Source: an uncultured Chloroflexia bacterium (GTDB taxonomy: Bacteria > Chloroflexota > Limnocylindria > Limnocylindrales > CSP1-4). From it: a DNA stretch of 64,000 bases. Each line of letters starts with the position of its first letter. Position 1 is the stretch's first letter. A program made the position numbers and the translations under genes. Positions 39,646 to 50,372 of this stretch are shown piece after piece. The DNA lies in contig CAVYBU010000021.1 of NCBI GenBank assembly GCA_963766735.1, forward strand, positions 1-64,000, read 5' to 3'. A model generated the notes under the pieces. That model was not told the DNA's origin and made no database searches. It worked only from the letters and a program-made list of their open reading frames with translations.

Positions 39646-39686
39646 TCACCGTCGGTGCCGCTCCATGTGCGCGTGAGCGGCGGGTC

Positions 39687-41109
39687 CTACAGCGCCTTGA
39701 CCGCGCTGATCAGCTCCGACAGGCCGGCCTTCGCGTCGGCGAACAGCATTCCCGTCTTGGGGTTCGTGTACAGCTCGTTGTCGATGCCCGGCGTAGCCGC
39801 GACCCATCGAGCGCTTCATCACGATGATGTTCTTCGCATGGTCTACGTCCAGGATCGGCATGCCCGACACCGGCGAGCCCGGGCGGCGCGCCGCCGGGTT
39901 CGTCACGTCGTTCGCGCCGATGACCAGCGCCACGTCGCAGCGGTCGAACTCGGGGTTGATGTCCTCCATCTCCTTGAGCTGGGGATAGGGGACGTTGGCC
40001 TCCGCCAGGAGCACGTTCATGTGGCCCGGCATGCGGCCGGCCACCGGGTGGATCGCGTACTTCACGTCCACGCCGCGACTCTCGAGGATCTCGGCCAGCT
40101 CGCGGACGCCATGCTGGGCCTGCGCGACCGCCAGGCCGTAGCCCGGCACCACGATGACCGAGGAGGCGTACGCCAGCTGGATCGCGGCGTCGTCCATGGA
40201 GACCTCGCGGACCGAGCCGCCGCCGGCCACCGCTGCCCCGACCGCGCCCTCACCGCCGCCGAACCCGCCGAGCATGATGTTCAGGACGGACCGGTTCATC
40301 GCATCGGCCATGAGCTTGGTGAGGATCGCGCCGGATGCGCCCACGAGGGCCCCGGCGATGATCAGGAGCGGGTTGTTCAGGACGAAGCCGGCCATCGCGA
40401 CCGCCGTGCCCGTGAACGAGTTGAGCAGGCTGATGACGACGGGCATGTCGGCGCCGCCGATGGGCAGCGTCATCGTGATCCCGAAGACCAGGGAGGCTGC
40501 CAGGATCGCCCCCATCACCGCCAGGCTGTAGTTGCCGGACCACAGGTAGAGGGAGCCTGCGACCACGATCAGCGCGAGCGCCGCCGTCACGAGCCGGCCG
40601 CCCGGGATCATCACGGGTCGCGACGGGGTGATCCGGAGGCCCATCAGCTTCCCGGACGCGATGAGCGAGCCGGTGAAGGTGACGGAGCCGATCACGATGT
40701 CCAGCACCGTGGCGACGTTGTCCTGGAGGCCCGGGGCGCCCGCATGACCCAGGTACTCGTCGATGGCGATGAGGGCCGCCGCGCCGCCGCCCACCGCGTT
40801 GAACAGCGACACCAGCTGGGGCATCGCCGTCATCTTCACGGTGCGGGCCGAGTAGAGGCCGTACCCGCCGCCGACGGCAATACCGACGAGGATGATGACC
40901 CAGCCGATGGGGTTGAACGACCCCGTTGGGGGCAGCAGCAGCAGCCAGGCCGCCGTGGCCCCGATGGCCAGCGTCATGCCACCCGCGGAGATCAGGTTGC
41001 CCTGGCGCGCGGTGGCGGGGGAGTTCATGCGGCTGAGGCCGATCACGAACGCCACCGCACTGGCGAGCCAGATGAGGCGGACGATGGGATCGACGACGTC
41101 CGCGTTCAC
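39687..41109 (-). CDS. pntB: NAD(P) transhydrogenase subunit beta (+1 frameshift at ~39788)
   Basis: MTAMPQLV, IGGADMPVVISLLNS, PGYGLAVAQAQ, HPVAGRMPGHMNV and GANDVTNPAA; shifted frame gives GIDNELY..MLFADAK. Confidence 0.95.
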
Positions 41110-41420
41110 GGCTGCCCGTCCGCTTTCTCGGCCTTGGGCGCCGCCGGCTTGCGCCGGAACATCTGGAGCATCCGGTCGGTGACGACGTAGCCACCAACGA
41201 CGTTGAGCGATGCGAACGCGACAGCCAGGAATGACAGGATGTACGCGACGGGGTCGTTGGCCGTGACCGCGATGATCATGGCGCCCACGAGCACGATCCC
41301 GTGGATCGAGTTGGCGCCCGACATCAGGGGCGTGTGGAGTGTCGCCGGGACCTTCGAGATGACCGCGACCCCGCACAGGATCGCGAGCACGAAGATCGTG
41401 AACGCGAGGTCGATGTTCAT
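41106..41420 (-). CDS. pntA: NAD(P) transhydrogenase subunit alpha, part 2
   Basis: KVPATLHTPLMSGANSIHG and NVVGGYVVTDRMLQMF. Confidence 0.95.
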   Translation of the reverse strand: MNIDLAFTIFVLAILCGVAVISKVPATLHTPLMSGANSIHGIVLVGAMIIAVTANDPVAYILSFLAVAFASLNVVGGYVVTDRMLQMFRRKPAAPKAEKADGQP

Positions 41421-42568
41421 GCGCTGTCTCCGGCGGGCGTCAGCAGCTTCAGGACGGCCTCGGAGACGACCGCTCCGCCGTGGGTGATGACGGTGGCCCT
41501 GGTGACCTCCTCCTCGAAATCGAGGTTGAGGGCACCGTCCTTGACCATGTTCAACAGCAGGGACGAGATGTTGCGGGCGTAGAACTGCGAGGCGGACGTC
41601 GGCATCGAGGCCGGCAGGTTCTCCAGTGCGACGATGGTGACGCCGTTGTCCGTGACCACGGTCTCGCCTGCCACGGACAGGTCGCAGTTGCCGCCGAGCG
41701 CGCTTGCCGCCATGTCCACGATCACCGACCCGGAGCGCATCGCACGCACGGCGTCCGCGGTGACGAGCACCGGGGGCTTGCGGCCGGGGACCTGGGCCGT
41801 GGTGATCACGACGTCCTGGTTGGCGATCACCTCGTTGAGCTCCGCCTGTTGGGCGGCCCGTTCCTCGGGGGTGAGCTCCCGGGCATAGCCGCCGGCGCCC
41901 GTGGCATCGATGGCGGTCGTGAGCGTGACGAACTTCGCCCCCAGGCTCTGGGCCTGCTCCGCGGTCTCCGGGCGCACGTCGTACGCGGAGACGACCGCGC
42001 CGAGGCGGCGCGCCGTGCCGATCGCCTGGAGCCCCGCGACGCCGATCCCGAGGACCAGGACGTTCGCGGGCTTGGCGGTGCCGGCGGCGGTCGTCAGCAG
42101 GGGGAAGTAGCGCCCGAAGGCGTTGGCCGCGATGAGGACGGCCTTGTAGCCGCCAACGTTCGCCTGCGAGGAGAGAGCATCCATCGTCTGGGCCCGGGAC
42201 AGGGTCCGGGGAATGGCGTCCAGGCTGATCGCGGTGACGCCCGCGGAGGCCAGCGTCTGTGCCAGCGCCGGGTCCAGCAGCGGCTGCAGCAGGCCCACGA
42301 CGGCCTGGCCGGAGCGCAGCCTCGCGGCTTCCGCGGCTGCCGGCTTCTGGACACGGAGGATGACCTCGGCCTGCGCGTACAGCTGGTCGGTATCCACGAT
42401 CCGCGCGCCAGCGTCCGTGAACGCCTGGTCGGGGATCGCGGCACCGGCACCGGCACCGGTTTCGACGAGGATCTCGAGCCCGGCCGCCGTCAGCTTGCCG
42501 AGCGCATCGGGCACCAGGGCGACGCGCCGTTCTCCGGCCGCGGTCTCCCTGGCGACGCCGATCTTCAT
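41417..42568 (-). CDS. pntA: NAD(P) transhydrogenase subunit alpha, part 1
   Basis: ERRVALVP, RAQTMDALSSQ, GVAGLQAI and GGNC; start could also be 42574 or 42580. Confidence 0.95.
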   Translation of the reverse strand: MKIGVARETAAGERRVALVPDALGKLTAAGLEILVETGAGAGAAIPDQAFTDAGARIVDTDQLYAQAEVILRVQKPAAAEAARLRSGQAVVGLLQPLLDPALAQTLASAGVTAISLDAIPRTLSRAQTMDALSSQANVGGYKAVLIAANAFGRYFPLLTTAAGTAKPANVLVLGIGVAGLQAIGTARRLGAVVSAYDVRPETAEQAQSLGAKFVTLTTAIDATGAGGYARELTPEERAAQQAELNEVIANQDVVITTAQVPGRKPPVLVTADAVRAMRSGSVIVDMAASALGGNCDLSVAGETVVTDNGVTIVALENLPASMPTSASQFYARNISSLLLNMVKDGALNLDFEEEVTRATVITHGGAVVSEAVLKLLTPAGDSA

Positions 42569-42722
42569 GGGCATCACCATCTCGTTGGGACGTGTCGCTA
42601 ATTTGGAACGCGTGGAGTGTACCGGAGGAACTGGCGCGCCAAGGTTGCAGCGTGGTGGTGGGTGGTGTGCGCTCGCGGTCACGTGCCGTGCCCTCTTGGC
42701 CGACCCGCCCTACCATGGCTCC

Positions 42723-44196
42723 GTGAACGACTCCAGCCCTGATCCCACCAACAACCCTGACACCGATCCCACGGCCCGCGTCGAGCCTCCGGTGGATCCC
42801 GTCGAGCCCCCGGTGGACCCCGTCCCGGTCGCCCCGGTCACGCCGGCCTCCCCGGTCTCGGCGTCCGGCGGCGCCCCCGATGCCCACGACAGTCCGGATA
42901 CGAGGCGGCGCCAGAACCGCATCGCCGCGTACGGCTCAGTGGCGCTGGCCGTCGTGCTTGCGTTCGGAGGCGGTCTTGCGATCGGCCGGGCAACGGCACC
43001 CGCGGGTCCCACCGATTCCGTCGCGACCGTTGATCCCACCGTCACGCCCGGCACCGTTCCGACTGCCGTTCCCTCCGCCGGAGCCGCACTCCCGTCCGAG
43101 GGCGCCCGGCTCGGGCTCGCGGACGCGAAGGTGACCGTCGACTACTGGGCGGACTACCAGTGCCCCTACTGCTCCAAGTTCGCCCGTGAGGTCATCCCGC
43201 TGCTCGAGTCCCGCATCGCGGATGGCACGGTCGCGCTCGTCCATCGCGACTATGCGTTCATCGGTGAGGAGTCGGTTGACGCCTCGATCGCCGTCCGGTG
43301 CGCGACGCCCGAGGGCAAGTACTGGGCGATGCACGACGCCGTGTACGCGGCCCAGGACGGGGAGAACCAGGGCGCCTTCGCCCGTCCGCGACTCGCCCAG
43401 ATTGCCGATTCCGTGGGCCTGGACGCGACCTCGTTCGCCGCCTGCATGGATGATCAGGCGCGGCTGGTCGAGGTCCTGGACGACACCGCGGCGGGCGTGC
43501 GGACCGGCATCGAATCAACGCCCACGGCGGACGTCAACGGCAACCGCTTCCTGGGCGTGCCCGACACGGCCGCCCTGCTCAAGGCGATCGACGAAGCCGC
43601 CGCCGGCGCACCCGCGAAGCCGCTCCCCACTTCGAAGCCGACCTCTGATCCGTGGACCGGGACTCACCACCGACGGCCGCACGGCAGGCCAGGCCGCTGC
43701 CCCCGTGACTGTGGAGCTGTGGATGGACTACCAGTCGCAGGACGCAAAGCCGATCGCGGAGACGCTTGAGCCCGAGTTGCGCACGCGTGTCGACGCCGGC
43801 GCCATCCGCGTGGTGCAGCGGGACCTCGCCACGCTCGGCGACCAGTCCGTGGTGGCCGCCGCGATGGTCCGCTGCGTCGCGCAGCAGGGCGGACCGGCGT
43901 GGTTCGTCCACGACATCCTCGCCATATCCGCCCAGGGCGCCGATGCCGGGATCTACACCGCAGCGAACCTGCTCCGGCTCTCGTCGCAGCTCGGGCTCGA
44001 GGTCAAGGTCCTCGATGCGTGCCTGGGCGATCCGGCCACCGGGGCCGCGGTCAAGGCCGAGACCGCGGAGGGAACTGCAATGGACCTGACTGCGGGGCCG
44101 TCGATCGTGATCCGGGTCGGTGACAGGGAGGTCGGCAGGTTCAGCGGGGCGCTGGACTCCGAGGCCGTGCTGGCGGCCATCGACGCCGCGAAGTGA
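42723..44196 (+). CDS. Membrane-anchored tandem DsbA/thioredoxin-domain protein (+1 frameshift at ~43660)
   Basis: TM segment; domain 1 DYQCPYC with STPT; domain 2 DYQSQDA without CxxC. Confidence 0.8.
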
Positions 44197-44240
44197 CCAG
44201 CGCGGCGCCGCGTAGTGCGGCGCGGCGCCCGTGTGTGGGC

Positions 44241-44288
44241 GGCGCTACAGGTCCGAGGCGCTAGTGGTCCGAGGCGCTACAGGTCCGC
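44241..44288. repeat. Three 16-bp tandem units covering the response regulator stop codon
   Basis: GGCGCTACAGGTCCGA, GGCGCTAGTGGTCCGA and GGCGCTACAGGTCCGC. Confidence 0.85.
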
Positions 44289-44993
44289 GACGCTGATGAT
44301 CCCGCGCCGGATCGCGAACTTGAGCAGCTCCAGGCGATCGTGGAAGCCGAGCTTCTCCATGAGGTTCGCCCGGTAGTTGTGGACCGTCTGCTCGGACAGG
44401 TGGAACACCTTCGCGATCTCGCGGTTGGTGTGGCCGACAGCCGCGAGGAGGAGGACTTCCCGCTCGCGGTCGGACAGGGTCGCGTAGACGTCCTCGATCG
44501 GGGCATCCGGGCTCCGGAGGACGTAGGTGTTCACCATGCGGGTGACGATCGCCGGTGAGACGTACGTCTGGCCCCGGCTGACAGAGCGCAGGGCGGCGAC
44601 GACGTCGGACGGCTCCGCCTCCCGGGTCAGGAACCCGTCGGCGCCCGCCTTCAGCGCGAGGCTGAACTGCTCGCTGCCAGTGCGGCACTCCAGCGCCAGG
44701 ATCCGGACGGCCGGTGCGGTCGACCGGATCTGCTCGATCGCCTCGAATGTGCCCGAGCCCGGGGTCGTAAAGGACTGGCATTCCGTGATCACGACATCTG
44801 GCCGCACGCGGTCGATGGTCTCCAGGAGAGCGTCGCGCTCCGGCACGGAACCCACGATCTGAAGATCGAGCTCGCCGTCGATCACAGTGCGGTAGCCGGA
44901 GATGAGCATCGGGAAATCGAAGATCGCGAGGAGCACCGCGACCTTGCCGCCAGCGCCCTGCCCGTTCGTCTTCAACCCTTCCCCCTGCCCCAT
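44277..44993 (-). CDS. NarL/FixJ family response regulator with an atypical receiver domain
   Basis: LuxR HTH LSDREREVL..GHTNREIA..TVHNYRANLMEKL; receiver has IFDF, PDVVITE and GFLTR. Confidence 0.9.
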   Translation of the reverse strand: MGQGEGLKTNGQGAGGKVAVLLAIFDFPMLISGYRTVIDGELDLQIVGSVPERDALLETIDRVRPDVVITECQSFTTPGSGTFEAIEQIRSTAPAVRILALECRTGSEQFSLALKAGADGFLTREAEPSDVVAALRSVSRGQTYVSPAIVTRMVNTYVLRSPDAPIEDVYATLSDREREVLLLAAVGHTNREIAKVFHLSEQTVHNYRANLMEKLGFHDRLELLKFAIRRGIISVADL

Positions 44994-45246
44994 GGCATTC
45001 GTGTTCGATCCCGCGAGGGGCCGCATGCCAACTGTGCCGCCTCCGGGGTGTCAATCGAACGGGCCATCGGTCGCCTTGCGGGCCCTCCCGGGTCCGCCGG
45101 GGTCGGGACCGGCGGCCCGGGCGATACAGGCCCTTCGGGACACCGCCCGCGAGGCTATGGGCGGGGTGACGGCCGTGGGCGCGGGGACTGGCGGATGTCG
45201 TTCTGGAGGCGACGATGGTGCGTTATCGGGCAACGCGCGTCGCTTC

Positions 45247-45792
45247 TCAGGCCCCTGGGGCATCCGAGTCTGCCGGGTCTCCGTGCTCGTTCGTGCTCAA
45301 GGCCTCGTCCCAGGCCGCCTCGGAGCCGAGCGGTGCGAGCCGCGTCACTGCCATCTCGATCTGGCGCATGCACCGGTCCCGCCAGACCCCGCTCTCGATG
45401 AACGCGCGGTGGCCGGCCTCGGTCCGCAGGTCCACGCCGATCAGCTCGCGGCAGGAGGAGGTCCCGAAGCCAGCCTCGAACGCCGCGAGGAGGTCGGCCG
45501 TCACCAGCCGGGCCACACGCTTGGCGGCACGGTGGTCGGGGACGCGCCGCTCCGCCAGCATGCCCACCGCCAGCGCGGCCCCGGTGACCGCCCCACACGT
45601 CCCGCCGCTGTAGGCGATCCCGCCGTTGAGCGCCATCGCGGCCGAGGAGTCGGCGGCATCCGGCAGCCCGTACGCCGCCTTGAGCACCACGAACGCCGTC
45701 TCGGCGCAGCCGTGGGCGTTGCGGTCGTCCAGGAACAGCTCGCGAGCCTTCCGCACCGCCTCGTCGGCCCTGGCGGCCTCGACGTCCGTCAT
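45247..45792 (-). CDS. C-GCAxxG-C-C family putative redox protein
   Basis: GCAE, GGTCGAVTG, SSCREL and RC. Confidence 0.88.
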   Translation of the reverse strand: MTDVEAARADEAVRKARELFLDDRNAHGCAETAFVVLKAAYGLPDAADSSAAMALNGGIAYSGGTCGAVTGAALAVGMLAERRVPDHRAAKRVARLVTADLLAAFEAGFGTSSCRELIGVDLRTEAGHRAFIESGVWRDRCMRQIEMAVTRLAPLGSEAAWDEALSTNEHGDPADSDAPGA

Positions 45793-46054
45793 CGCTCGTG
45801 CCGGGATGGGTCCTGGACGTCGGGTTCGCCGCGGCCCAGGCGCTGCATCCGGTCCAGACCCGTGAGCCTGCTCACCCTGCCGTTGCGGAGGGTGAACGTC
45901 GCAACCGGTCCGGTCCTGCAGTCGTCGATGCCCACGCGGTCTCCCTCGCACGGATGCTCGCCGGGCCGCCGTGGACCGGCTTCTCCGGCGAACATCATGC
46001 CCCAGCCTGCCCACACCCGGTGAGGACCCACCACGCGGCGAGACCGCATCGGCG

Positions 46055-47680
46055 CTACGGGGTTGCGGCGGCCGCCTTCATCCGCTCCGCGACGACGCTG
46101 CGCTGCGTCTTGCGGGTGTGGGTCCGCGGGAAGTCAGGATCGGGGTAGGGCGCATAGGACACCACGCGCTGGTGGACGGCGAGCTTCTGGTTGGCGGCCT
46201 TCACGGCCTCGCGCACCGCCGCTGCCTCGTCGGCCGGAGGATCGCCAAACGCCGCCTCGGGGCGATACGCCATCGCGATCCGCCCGTCCGCCGCCTCGTA
46301 GACGACGGGCTCGACCAGCCCCTCGGCGGTCAGCGCCGCCTCCACGTCCTCCGGGTGCACGTTCATCCCGTTCGGCAGCGCGATCAGGGACCGCGTCCGG
46401 CCGATCAGCCGGAGCGCCCCTGTTGCGTCCACGTCGCCGTAGTCGCCGGTCCTGTACCAGCCGTCCTCGGTGAAGGCGGCCGCCGTGGCGACCGGGTCCT
46501 GCCAGTAGCCCGCGAAGACCGACGGACCCCGGACGACCACCTCGCCGTCCGGCTCCACCCGCAGCTCCAGGGGCGGCATCACCCAACCGACGCGGTTGGG
46601 CGGTGTCCGTCCGAGGAAGTTGGCGGTGACCAGCCCCGCCTCGGTGGATCCGTAGCCCTGGACGACCTCGACGCCCAGGGCCTCCCAGCTGCGCTGGAGG
46701 GCAGGCGAGAGGTGCGCCGCCGAGCACATGACCATCCGCAGCTCGCCGCCGAGCGCCGCGTGGACCTTCTTGAACAGCTTCCGGCGCATCGAGACCGGCA
46801 GGTACGGTGCGACCCGGAGCGCGCGTCGGAACGTCTTGCCGCTGCCACTCTTGTCGGCCTCGCGGCGAATGGCGCTGAACAGCAGCTCCAGGACTTGCGG
46901 CACCACGACCAGAGCCGTGGCCCGGTGGCCCTTGATCGCCGCCGCGATGACGTCCGGCCGGAGGGTGGTGATGTACTCGGTCTCGGCGCCGGCCGCCACC
47001 GCGTAGATCAGCCCGGCAACCTGCTCCATGATGTGCGAGAGGGGCAGGATCGAGACGAACCGGTTGGCGCCGGGCGGGATCGTGGCCAGGCAGCGGATCG
47101 TTGACGCCAGGAGCATCGACTGGGTGACCGTGACGCCCTTCGGGTTGCCCGTGGACCCCGAGGTGCACAGGATCTCCAGAGGCTCACCCGGATCCGCCGG
47201 TGCGCGGGCAGCCAGGGCGGCCAGCGCCTCGGGCGGCGGCGCGTCCACCAGGACGTCGAGGTCGATGACCGGCAGCGTGGCCAGCCGCCGGATCGTCACC
47301 GGCTCCACCGTGGCGCCCGATCCGAGGAGGATCGCCGACGGTTCGGTGAGGGCGGCGATGCGGTCGATGGTGTCGGGCGTCATCCGCACGTCGAGCGGGA
47401 CGAGAATGACGTCCGCGCGGGCGGCGGCGAAGAGCGCGGCTGCGAACCCGGGCCCGGGCGCACCCTGCACCAGGACGCGGGCGCGCGGCTTGACCGCTAC
47501 CGCCAGCCGGGCCGAGGCGTTCGCCACGGCCTCGCCGAAGGCCGACAGGGTCAGCGACTCCTCGCGCGTGCTCGACGTCCGGACGCCCAGGAATGGGGCG
47601 GAGCCACCCTTCGCGATGGCTTGATCGAGGAGATCGGGCAGGGTGGTCGGCAGGATGATCGCCACAGGCAGAGCAGGCAC
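46055..47680 (-). CDS. AMP-binding enzyme (long-chain acyl-CoA ligase-like)
   Basis: TSGSTGNPKG, LPLSH, GYGSTE, YRTGD and PRTHTRK; start approximate. Confidence 0.9.
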   Translation of the reverse strand: MPALPVAIILPTTLPDLLDQAIAKGGSAPFLGVRTSSTREESLTLSAFGEAVANASARLAVAVKPRARVLVQGAPGPGFAAALFAAARADVILVPLDVRMTPDTIDRIAALTEPSAILLGSGATVEPVTIRRLATLPVIDLDVLVDAPPPEALAALAARAPADPGEPLEILCTSGSTGNPKGVTVTQSMLLASTIRCLATIPPGANRFVSILPLSHIMEQVAGLIYAVAAGAETEYITTLRPDVIAAAIKGHRATALVVVPQVLELLFSAIRREADKSGSGKTFRRALRVAPYLPVSMRRKLFKKVHAALGGELRMVMCSAAHLSPALQRSWEALGVEVVQGYGSTEAGLVTANFLGRTPPNRVGWVMPPLELRVEPDGEVVVRGPSVFAGYWQDPVATAAAFTEDGWYRTGDYGDVDATGALRLIGRTRSLIALPNGMNVHPEDVEAALTAEGLVEPVVYEAADGRIAMAYRPEAAFGDPPADEAAAVREAVKAANQKLAVHQRVVSYAPYPDPDFPRTHTRKTQRSVVAERMKAAAATP

Positions 47681-47903
47681 GACGCAGGCCTCTTGCTGGG
47701 GGAGCCGCCGGGAGTGTCCGGGCGGACGAGGGGGACCACCGGAGTGGACCCCATCGGGGGTTGGTCCCACGGGCGGAAGCATAGCCCGAGGGGGGTTCTT
47801 GTGCCCACGGTGTTGCGGGCACGTGGCGAACGCTCGCGTCTTCGCGCGAACGCGCGTACGATCACGCGACGCCCCGAGCACCGGGACGGAACCGAAGCGA
47901 GGC

Positions 47904-48164
47904 ATGATGACCAAGCATTCAAGGAGCGAGCGCGATCGGCGCGCCGCGGAATCGGCCCGGATGGTCGAGGTCCAGCGCGCCTGGGAGGGCAGCATCCCGG
48001 CGGCCGTTGCGGCGGAGTTCGCCGACGCCGTACGCGCCGTCCGCGAGCGCGGGCCGATCGCCCGCCAGCCCGACATGGCCCCCGGCACGCTGCCGCGCCC
48101 ACCCCGCCCGGGCCGCGAGCCGAAGCCCAAGAAGGAAGAGACGACCCCCCGTCGTCGCTACTAG
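47904..48164 (+). CDS. Small basic hypothetical protein
   Basis: GAGG before ATG; helical then Pro-rich composition. Confidence 0.55.
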   Translation: MMTKHSRSERDRRAAESARMVEVQRAWEGSIPAAVAAEFADAVRAVRERGPIARQPDMAPGTLPRPPRPGREPKPKKEETTPRRRY

Positions 48165-48339
48165 TCGCACCTTCCAGGGGGCCTGACGCCGGGGCCTGAC
48201 GCAGGCGCGTTGTGGTCCGGGTCTCACGGCCCCTCGGCCATGACTGACGGCCCAGTTTGAGCATGCCGGAATCGCCCTAGCCAGCGCATGGTCCGACGCG
48301 TCAGCATCGCCGCACGACACGTGCAGCGAGAGGGTGGTC

Positions 48340-49644
48340 ATGGCCCATGCCACGTCACGCGGCGCCTACGGAGCGTTGACCGAGCGCCTGAACCGCTTCC
48401 CACAGGGCGCCCCGCCGTCCGACCTCCTGTACCGCATCCTCGAGATGCTGTTCAGCGAGCGCGAGGCAGGCCTGGTGGCGCAGCTGCCGATCCGGGCCTT
48501 CACCGCCCGTAAGGCGGCGAAGCTATGGGGCATGCGCGAGGCCGAGGCGCGCACCATCCTGGACGAGCTCGCGTCGCGGGCCGTCCTCCTGGATGTCGAG
48601 GGCCCCAACGGCACCGTCTACGCCCTGCCACCGCCCATGGCCGGCTTCTTCGAGTTCTCGATGATGCGGGTCCGCGACGACATCGACCAGCGGCTGCTGA
48701 GCGAGCTGTTCTACCAGTACATCACCGTCGAGGATGACTTCATCCTGTCGCTGTTCACGGATGGCGAGACGCAGCTGGGACGCGTGTTCGTCAACGAGAA
48801 CGCCCTCGCCGACGCAAGGCCGGCCCGGTCGAACGGCAACGGAGCCCTCCACGTCCTGGACTACGAGCGGGCCAGCGCGGTCATCGGGACGGCCGAGCAC
48901 ATGGGTGTCGGGGTCTGCTACTGCCGTCACAAGGCGGAGCACGTCGGCCTGGCCTGCAAAGCCCCGAAGAACATCTGCATGACGTTCGGCGAGACGGCGG
49001 ACTCGCTCATCCGCCACGGATATGCTCGGCGCGTAGACGCGGCCGAAGGCATGGACCTGCTCGCGGAGGCGCACTCGAACAACCTCGTCCAGTTCGGCGA
49101 GAACGTGCAGCGCGACGTGGCGTTCATCTGCAACTGCTGCGGCTGCTGCTGCGAGGCGATGATCGCCGCGCGGCGCTTCGGCCGGATGAACCCGGTCCAC
49201 AGCACGAACTACCTCCCGCACGTGGACGCAGCCGCCTGCAACGGCTGCGGCAAGTGCGCCGACGCCTGCCCCGTTGAGGCGATGACGCTGGTCTCGGCCA
49301 ACGACCCGCGCAAGCCACGGAAGCGGAAGGCGGAGCTGGACGCGGACATCTGCCTGGGCTGTGGGGTGTGCACCCGGGTGTGCCCGACGGGCGGGCTGTG
49401 GCTGGAGGCGTGCCCCGAGCGCGTCATCACGCCCGTGGACACGCTCCACCGCACCGTCCTGATGGCGATCGAGCGCGGCAAGCTCCAGGACTGCATCTTC
49501 GACAACCGGGCGCTGCTCAGCCACCGGGCAATGGCGGCGGTGCTGGGCGTGATCCTCCGCCTGCCGCCGACGAAGCAGGTGCTGGCGACGCAGCAGATGC
49601 GGTCGCGCTATCTCGTGAAGCTGCTGGAACAGGTGAACGTGTAG
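48340..49644 (+). CDS. 4Fe-4S dicluster domain protein
   Basis: CYCRH, ICNCCGCCC and two CxxCxxCxxxCP motifs. Confidence 0.92.
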   Translation: MAHATSRGAYGALTERLNRFPQGAPPSDLLYRILEMLFSEREAGLVAQLPIRAFTARKAAKLWGMREAEARTILDELASRAVLLDVEGPNGTVYALPPPMAGFFEFSMMRVRDDIDQRLLSELFYQYITVEDDFILSLFTDGETQLGRVFVNENALADARPARSNGNGALHVLDYERASAVIGTAEHMGVGVCYCRHKAEHVGLACKAPKNICMTFGETADSLIRHGYARRVDAAEGMDLLAEAHSNNLVQFGENVQRDVAFICNCCGCCCEAMIAARRFGRMNPVHSTNYLPHVDAAACNGCGKCADACPVEAMTLVSANDPRKPRKRKAELDADICLGCGVCTRVCPTGGLWLEACPERVITPVDTLHRTVLMAIERGKLQDCIFDNRALLSHRAMAAVLGVILRLPPTKQVLATQQMRSRYLVKLLEQVNV

Positions 49645-49689
49645 CGCCTTGGGCCCGCTGGGCCTGGCCGCGGCGGATGCCGCCCCCTA

Positions 49690-50172
49690 TCAGGTCGCCG
49701 GTGCCGCGGCCCTGGCGACGGGAAACTCGACGATCGTCCGGATCCGGTCCGGCGGCGTGTCGGGCGGACTCAGGTACACCTCGCGCGGCGGACCCGCGAC
49801 GGCGAGGCCCCTGGAGCCGATCCAGGCAAGCAGGCTGTCGTAGGCGCTGGCGATCGTGTCATAGGGACCGACATGGAGCAGGGTCGCAAAGGCGCCTGCC
49901 GGGAGCTCCTGCATCTGCCACCCGGGGGGTGGATCGACCGCCCGGGACACCGGGGCACAGACCTCGATGTCGAACGGGTCATCGCCCGTCGGCATCCCGT
50001 GGTAGATGACGAACGGCGGCCCATCGCCAGGGGCCTGTGTGACCCCGAGGTGCCCGTACACCTCCCCGAACGCCCTTCCCATGGCGCCGCCGATCTCCGA
50101 CAACCGGACCGGGAAGCGTTTCGAGACGATCGGCGCTGCCTCGCGCTCCCTGAGCGTGATCTCGTGCTCCAC
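49690..50172 (-). CDS. GyrI-like small-molecule-binding protein
   Basis: GPPFVIYH, HVGPYD and GPPREVYL; GAGGAGGT RBS. Confidence 0.88.
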   Translation of the reverse strand: MEHEITLREREAAPIVSKRFPVRLSEIGGAMGRAFGEVYGHLGVTQAPGDGPPFVIYHGMPTGDDPFDIEVCAPVSRAVDPPPGWQMQELPAGAFATLLHVGPYDTIASAYDSLLAWIGSRGLAVAGPPREVYLSPPDTPPDRIRTIVEFPVARAAAPAT

Positions 50173-50372
50173 GCGACACCTCCTCGCCGGCCCGGCCTCG
50201 TGCACCCCGGGCCGACCGTCATGGTGGGCGGCATGCCTTTCGATCGCCAGAGTCCATCGGCTCGAAGGGCGGGCTGGCGGGCAGCCGCTGCGCCGCACTG
50301 CGGTCCGGCCAATTTCCGGTGGTCTATCGTTCGCGACGACGGCAAGGATTGGAAGCCGGAGGAGACTGCGTG

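Noticed and set aside
39646-41376. Single ORF suggesting an extended or fused PntB
   Set aside because: Artefact of an upstream in-frame start and the +1 shift at ~39788; the standard three-gene pnt layout fits
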